The translations under genes were made by a program, and so were the position numbers. A stretch of 64,000 nucleotides of DNA from Bacteroidota bacterium (GTDB lineage Bacteria; Bacteroidota; Ignavibacteria; UBA10030; UBA8401). This document shows, piece by piece, positions 59,674 to 64,000 of this stretch. The number at the start of each line of letters is the position of its first letter. The stretch's first letter is position 1. The notes below the pieces were generated by a model. It was given only the letters and a program-made list of their open reading frames with translations, was not told the DNA's origin and did no database searches. Where the stretch lies: NCBI GenBank assembly GCA_041665525.1, contig JBAYIS010000003.1, positions 150,129 to 214,128 of the forward strand, read 5' to 3'.

Positions 59674-60771
59674 TTATTTCCGCATTTCAGAGATAGAAGC
59701 GCGTAACAGACCATTTGCATACTTGGTGTTATGAATACCTTCGCTCAGATCATGCTCTAACAGGAAATAATTCCAGATTGCGCCGGCATGCCGGGCAAGA
59801 ACTGTTTTGCCTGACTTCGGTGTATTCGCAACTGTATCAACCCATCCTTGAGCAACAAGAAGTGTTCTCAAAGTGTCCATGTTCGCCTTCACTTCAGTCA
59901 TTTTACCGTTATAATCCAGCGATGTCAGCGGTGCTGCGCTATGGCAATCAGTAATATTGCAACCAGTGAGGTTATCGCCTTCTTCTTCATTGCCGATCAT
60001 CATGGTATGGCCGCCGGTCAAATCGCCAGCTGCATCAGCCATATGACAAGTTTTGCAACCGTCAGTTTTCAGTTTTGCTGCGTTGGTATGCGGCGAATTA
60101 TTGTAGGTGTAACCGGGCCATTCGAATCCGCCCTCTCCCATCAACACTTGTCCCTGCACGCCGTAATGTGAATACCAGCGGGAAGGAATTTTAATGGAAT
60201 CTGTTGCGCCAATTTTGGCAATATCCAATTTTGTTGATTGAGTGCGGGGATGATGGCACGATACGCAAAGGTTACCCTTGCCATAATCAAATGTAGCATC
60301 TGCCACGCCTGTGATATTGGAGAACAGCGTAACAGGAGCAACTGTACGGAGCGAGAAATCTCCGTTCTTGTGCGGTGAATGGCACGCAAAGCAACCGACC
60401 GGTGTCGTGTTGTTGTTCGCAACCAGCGTTACGCCGAGTTGTTTTTTCACATAACCTTCAGTGGTATGGCATTCTGCGCAACTGGTTCTATTTTCGAATG
60501 CGGTTCCGCCGACAGCATGTTTGGATTTTGCATATTGGAACGTTGCAGCTGCTTTATACAGCGTTGTATCCGTATCCGGATTATGACACGTAGCGCACTT
60601 TAAATCCGCTTTGAAGCCTTCGAAGTACACAAAGCCTGCGTCTTGTCCTGCAGAGCCTGTTGCACCGTCTTTACCTGCCGGTCCTGCAGGACCTTCGCAA
60701 GCAACGAGACCGAAGAGAGCGATAACGGTTAGAACAGTTAAGATGTTTTTCACTGTTTTAACTCCTTTCAT
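59674..60771 (-). CDS. Multiheme c-type cytochrome lipoprotein (5 CxxCH plus 1 Cx4CH) with a collagen-like GXY linker
   Basis: 365 aa. Lipobox LFGLVAC, then GPAGPAGKDGATGSAGQDAG (six G-X-Y triplets). Heme motifs CATCH, CAECH, CFACH, CVSCH, CKTCH and the variant CNITDCH. Confidence 0.8.
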   Translation of the reverse strand: MKGVKTVKNILTVLTVIALFGLVACEGPAGPAGKDGATGSAGQDAGFVYFEGFKADLKCATCHNPDTDTTLYKAAATFQYAKSKHAVGGTAFENRTSCAECHTTEGYVKKQLGVTLVANNNTTPVGCFACHSPHKNGDFSLRTVAPVTLFSNITGVADATFDYGKGNLCVSCHHPRTQSTKLDIAKIGATDSIKIPSRWYSHYGVQGQVLMGEGGFEWPGYTYNNSPHTNAAKLKTDGCKTCHMADAAGDLTGGHTMMIGNEEEGDNLTGCNITDCHSAAPLTSLDYNGKMTEVKANMDTLRTLLVAQGWVDTVANTPKSGKTVLARHAGAIWNYFLLEHDLSEGIHNTKYANGLLRASISEMRK

Positions 60772-61034
60772 TAATGAAGTGTGTTGTTCCTTTTTAGTGA
60801 ATATTGGCTTACCGTTAATTGAGATAAGTCAAACTTGTTTTAAAAACTACCATTTCATCGGCAAATTATGTGCCGAAGAAAAGAGGCAAAAATGTTGAAT
60901 TTTCCCACATGGCTCCGTTCAATTTCTTAAGGTTGCAACTGATTCTTAAAGTAATTTTGCATTAATGAGAGCATGAAACGACAAAATGCTCTGTATTCAT
61001 TGGAGAAAAATCATACTAAAGTCTCTGATAAAAC

Positions 61035-61066
61035 AAAAAAGTCCTGATTTAAACAGGACTTTTTCG
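61035..61066 (-). terminator. Rho-independent terminator ending the omp-cytochrome-cytochrome operon
   Basis: aaaaaagtcctg-atttaaa-caggacttttt, a symmetric hairpin. On the minus transcript it is followed by uuuuuuguuuu, about 50 nt after the 61118 stop. Confidence 0.65.
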
Positions 61067-61117
61067 TTCGCTTACATCGATATGAATTTAGAAAATGCAT
61101 AGGCATTAATCTATCGT

Positions 61118-61930
61118 TTAATCAATTTTCCCATTAATGTGTTTTGAAGGATTGATGATAGCCATACTTGCGTTAACAACTGCACCATGACATGACGAAC
61201 AATCCGCCGTTACCGAAACGAAAGTATGTCCGGAAACAGGAAATGCTTTTTCCTTAGTGGTTGATTTTGTCGCATCTCCGTGACAAGTACCGCACGCAAC
61301 CGCAGTACTCGAAGTATCGGTCCAGGTCATGGTACGATTGAGATTGCCACCGTTGAAATTACCGTGACAGTAAGTATTGGCACACGATACGTTGGACGCA
61401 TTATAGATCGCATTGGAACGATACATCGATAGTGTGGTATCGAACCGTACTTCTGCCTTCGAATCAGAACCAAGATGTCCGGTTGCAGCAACTGTTGAAG
61501 GAACCGCATGGCATGTAGAGCATGCGACATCAGCACCGAGTGTTCCCTGCGTTACATGCTTTTGATGCGCTCCCACAGTTCTGATTGTGCTATTCGTATT
61601 TCCCAGCAGATCCTTCCATTGCACTTCCACATCGCTCGCATGACACGTTCCGCAATATTCCGGTCCATTTGGTTTTGAGTGGCAGGTCAGACAGGTTTGC
61701 CCTGCGGTCCCGCCATCATACGCAAAGCCGTGGCAGCTTTTACATGTTTGTGTATTCCATCCATTATTTTGCAGGAGTTTCTGGTGGGACTGTTCAGATG
61801 CTGCATTTGCAAAACCAACTCCATGAACGGAAAGGTTTCCCTGCGCAGGATTCTTATCGTCCTGCACTTCACTGCAGCCGACCAGCATCAGACCGAAAAT
61901 CAAAACGACGAGAGGAGTAAATTTTTTCAT
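61118..61930 (-). CDS. Multiheme c-type cytochrome lipoprotein (6 CxxCH plus 1 Cx4CH)
   Basis: Likely start MKKFTPLVVLIFGLMLVGCSE (lipobox). An ATGA overlap with the upstream 14-heme gene stop and a GGAG sequence 10 nt upstream support this start. Heme motifs CKSCH, CLTCH, CGTCH, CSTCH, CANTYCH (Cx4CH), CGTCH, CSSCH. Confidence 0.8.
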   Translation of the reverse strand: MKKFTPLVVLIFGLMLVGCSEVQDDKNPAQGNLSVHGVGFANAASEQSHQKLLQNNGWNTQTCKSCHGFAYDGGTAGQTCLTCHSKPNGPEYCGTCHASDVEVQWKDLLGNTNSTIRTVGAHQKHVTQGTLGADVACSTCHAVPSTVAATGHLGSDSKAEVRFDTTLSMYRSNAIYNASNVSCANTYCHGNFNGGNLNRTMTWTDTSSTAVACGTCHGDATKSTTKEKAFPVSGHTFVSVTADCSSCHGAVVNASMAIINPSKHINGKID

Positions 61931-63141
61931 TGTACGTTCGCTCCATGACAATATCCGCAGAAGTTCTGACCGGCTTTTCCGTTCGGCCGTGCATTCGCAT
62001 CCGTGTGGCAGACAAAACAGTTGGAAGCTGCATCGTCATGCCAATCACCCTCCGCATCCCTCATAAATCCTATGGCATGTGTCTTCGGGTTCGTTCCCTT
62101 TATCCCATCGTTGTCTGCATGGCAGGTGATGCAGGTTGGATCGCCCCCTTGAGTGTCGTGGCACGACGCGCAGCTTTGAATATCGCGTTTTGCCAGAGTT
62201 GCATGCATCCCGCCGCCGGAGCCGACACCGAATGTCGTGAATCCAAATTGTTCATGGCTCGTTGGTACAGCGCCGCCTAAGGCTGCGCTGCCGTTCATGT
62301 GGCAATCACTGCAAAAGGTCTGCTGTCGGTGACAGGTCTGACAGTCGGCAGAGCGTCCTTTCGCGTCGATGCCGTGTGTAAATTTGTAGTTCAGATCGTG
62401 AACATTCTGTGCAGCCATTGCCGAGGGGGCGTCATTCCCGAATTTCCGCGGAGACATCATACCGGTCTTTTCGAACTTCGAGAGTTTCGTCAGATTTGTT
62501 CCATCGTGACATTCCATGCAGGTCGATTCTGTATGGCAGCTTTGACAGTTTGCATCGAATGTCCGTCCGTTCATTACACGGGAATGTTCACGTTTAAAAT
62601 TCGCCACAGTATGCGAGGCAGGGCGCAGTGCCGTAAGATTTGTATGGCACGCTTCACATTGATTGGATGCTTTCACGTTGTTATGGCAAGTGTTGCATGT
62701 TGCCATCGAAGGATTGTTTGACGCTTCAGCAAAATCCGTTTTATCCATACCGGCGTGACAGGTGATACATTCCACTTTCTGATCCACCACATGTTTTTGA
62801 TGATCAAAGAGAATCTCTCTGACCGGATTCGGTAGTGCAACAGGATTGTTCTCATCCGTATGGCAGAATCCGCACGTTTCGTTCACTTCTTGTTCGTGGC
62901 AGGATTGGCACTCCGTGTGTGTTGGCAGCATCTTTTCGGATGCGTTTTGTGTCAGTTTTTCCGGAGTATGACAGGAGGAACATTCGATCCCTGCCGTGGC
63001 ATGTGTACTGTGCGAAAATTTCAGCACTTGTTTTTTGTCGACTGGCGCATCGTCGCTTGCCACAGCACTGCTGCGGTTGATAAAGACCAGCGCGATCATG
63101 GCAGTAACAATAGAAGCTATCAGGAGGCTTTTTTTCATCAT
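61927..63141 (-). CDS. Periplasmic 14-heme c-type cytochrome
   Basis: 14 CxxCH motifs in about 400 aa (CSSCH, CQSCH, CGFCH, CITCH, CNTCH, CEACH, CQSCH, CMECH, CQTCH, CSDCH, CASCH, CITCH, CFVCH, CGYCH). Signal peptide MMKKSLLIASIVTAMIALVF of signal-peptidase-I type. Its start overlaps the stop of the upstream beta-barrel gene (aTGAtg). Confidence 0.8.
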   Translation of the reverse strand: MMKKSLLIASIVTAMIALVFINRSSAVASDDAPVDKKQVLKFSHSTHATAGIECSSCHTPEKLTQNASEKMLPTHTECQSCHEQEVNETCGFCHTDENNPVALPNPVREILFDHQKHVVDQKVECITCHAGMDKTDFAEASNNPSMATCNTCHNNVKASNQCEACHTNLTALRPASHTVANFKREHSRVMNGRTFDANCQSCHTESTCMECHDGTNLTKLSKFEKTGMMSPRKFGNDAPSAMAAQNVHDLNYKFTHGIDAKGRSADCQTCHRQQTFCSDCHMNGSAALGGAVPTSHEQFGFTTFGVGSGGGMHATLAKRDIQSCASCHDTQGGDPTCITCHADNDGIKGTNPKTHAIGFMRDAEGDWHDDAASNCFVCHTDANARPNGKAGQNFCGYCHGANVQ

Positions 63142-64000
63142 AACCAATTCAATTGTTCGCTGAACCAATAGTTCAATTTAAGGAATATACGCATATCACT
63201 TTTATACTGCGGATTGCTCATCCATTGCACCTGCAAGTCCGAGGAGAGTAATCGGTCCGGACGATAGTTGACGCCGACGGTCCCGTTCACAACATCACTG
63301 GACGGGTCATTCTTCGAAAGTTTGTATGTCGCATATCCAATTGCGCACATCGGAGTCAGTTTCTGATCCATCATCGGATAAACCGCTTGAACAGATATTC
63401 CGTTCAGCTCTCCTGCATATCCAAAATTCTGCGTATAGACGGCAGAGAACATGTCATACGTCCCCCCCACGACCAATCGCTGGCTATTGTCGTCCACATA
63501 CTCAACATTGGCAAACCGCGCATAGACAAACGTTTTTGCGAGCGGCCTGTATTCCACCCCCCCTTCGATCTCTTTTGTGCTGTTGATATTAAACACCGAG
63601 AAGATAGAATTGTATGCCACTCTCGGTTGTCGATAAATATATTCCGCCGTCACATTCAGTTCCGGCATTATACCCACGCGGGCGAACGTTTGCAATTTGG
63701 AGATCTCTTCAGAATGGAAATCAAAATCCGTTTTTGCCTGTACGGTGAATTGTTTTTCAAGCTGATATTCCACATCCAACGATGCCAATTCCTCTTCATT
63801 CGGCCGGCTGTTGACAACTATTGAATAAGGATTGAAAAGTGAATCCAACCGAAGCGCCGTATACGGTTTGCGCTGCCAGCGTTTGTTCATGTAACTGAGT
63901 CCGACGATCGCTTCTTCCGTCGCCGCATACGTTACCTGTCCGCCGAACAAACCATTCGTGCCGATATAGTTCTTCCTGATGTCGCGTGATTGGATCACAT
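63138..64000 (-). CDS. Outer-membrane beta-barrel protein (partial; N-terminus beyond window), candidate porin of a porin-cytochrome complex
   Basis: More than 286 aa. Alternating hydrophobic/polar beta-strand pattern with Tyr/Gly/Asn-rich loops and an aromatic-rich C-terminus (LKLNYWFSEQLNWL). Translationally coupled to the 14-heme cytochrome. Confidence 0.5.
   Translation of the reverse strand, partial: VIQSRDIRKNYIGTNGLFGGQVTYAATEEAIVGLSYMNKRWQRKPYTALRLDSLFNPYSIVVNSRPNEEELASLDVEYQLEKQFTVQAKTDFDFHSEEISKLQTFARVGIMPELNVTAEYIYRQPRVAYNSIFSVFNINSTKEIEGGVEYRPLAKTFVYARFANVEYVDDNSQRLVVGGTYDMFSAVYTQNFGYAGELNGISVQAVYPMMDQKLTPMCAIGYATYKLSKNDPSSDVVNGTVGVNYRPDRLLSSDLQVQWMSNPQYKSDMRIFLKLNYWFSEQLNWL

Noticed and set aside
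59760-59830. Collagen-like repeat as a true collagen triple-helix domain
   Set aside because: Only six G-X-Y triplets are present, far shorter than bacterial collagen-like (Scl-type) domains. It is treated as a flexible linker, not a collagen domain.
1-64000. CRISPR arrays, rRNA genes, IS elements or transposases
   Set aside because: No regularly spaced direct repeats were found. No rRNA- or tRNA-like conserved blocks were seen in intergenic regions. No transposase or integrase-like ORFs were found. The AT-rich islands lack recognisable mobility genes inside this window.

Overview
This 64 kb window is a gene-dense chromosomal segment from a Gram-negative bacterium, most likely of the Bacteroidetes/Chlorobi/Ignavibacteria (FCB) lineage. 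The lineage call is inferred from a fused LpxC/FabZ gene, tandem Skp genes, a T9SS C-terminal sorting domain and a GWxTD-domain protein. Most genes lie on the minus strand. Housekeeping content includes dtd (partial), prmC, mazG, phoH, yraN, rnhB, rimO, cdsA, HU, obg-ruvB-mpg, uvrA, rsmB, iaaA, panB and purK-purE. A conserved outer-membrane biogenesis supercluster runs uppS-bamA-skp-skp-lpxD-lpxC/fabZ-lpxA. There is also a TetR-HlyD-2xABC-ATPase-2xABC-2-permease export operon.

Accessory or unusual content:
- (i) an AT-rich type II restriction-modification pair (SPPY beta-class methyltransferase plus a candidate endonuclease) wedged between rimO and cdsA.
- (ii) a ferredoxin translationally coupled to a geranylgeranyl-reductase-family flavoprotein, plus an archaeal-DGGGPS-like UbiA prenyltransferase about 10 kb away.
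- (iii) three Omp85-family proteins: BamA, a 3-POTRA TamA-like protein next to a GWxTD protein, and a patatin-Omp85 fusion.
- (iv) tandem paralogous YbjQ-like lipoproteins flanked by small outer-membrane barrels.
- (v) an AT-rich ~3.4 kb island after purE. It encodes a MauE-like membrane protein fused to a TlpA-like thioredoxin domain (apparent frameshift in a T5 run), a small secreted protein with 13 cysteines, and a BNR-repeat protein with a T9SS sorting tail.
- (vi) at the right edge, a tightly coupled outer-membrane beta-barrel + 14-heme cytochrome c + 6-7-heme lipoprotein cytochrome operon, followed by a separately terminated 5-6-heme lipoprotein cytochrome with a collagen-like GXY linker. 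This is a candidate porin-cytochrome extracellular electron transfer module.

Several rho-independent terminators are visible. No rRNA, tRNA or CRISPR was found.
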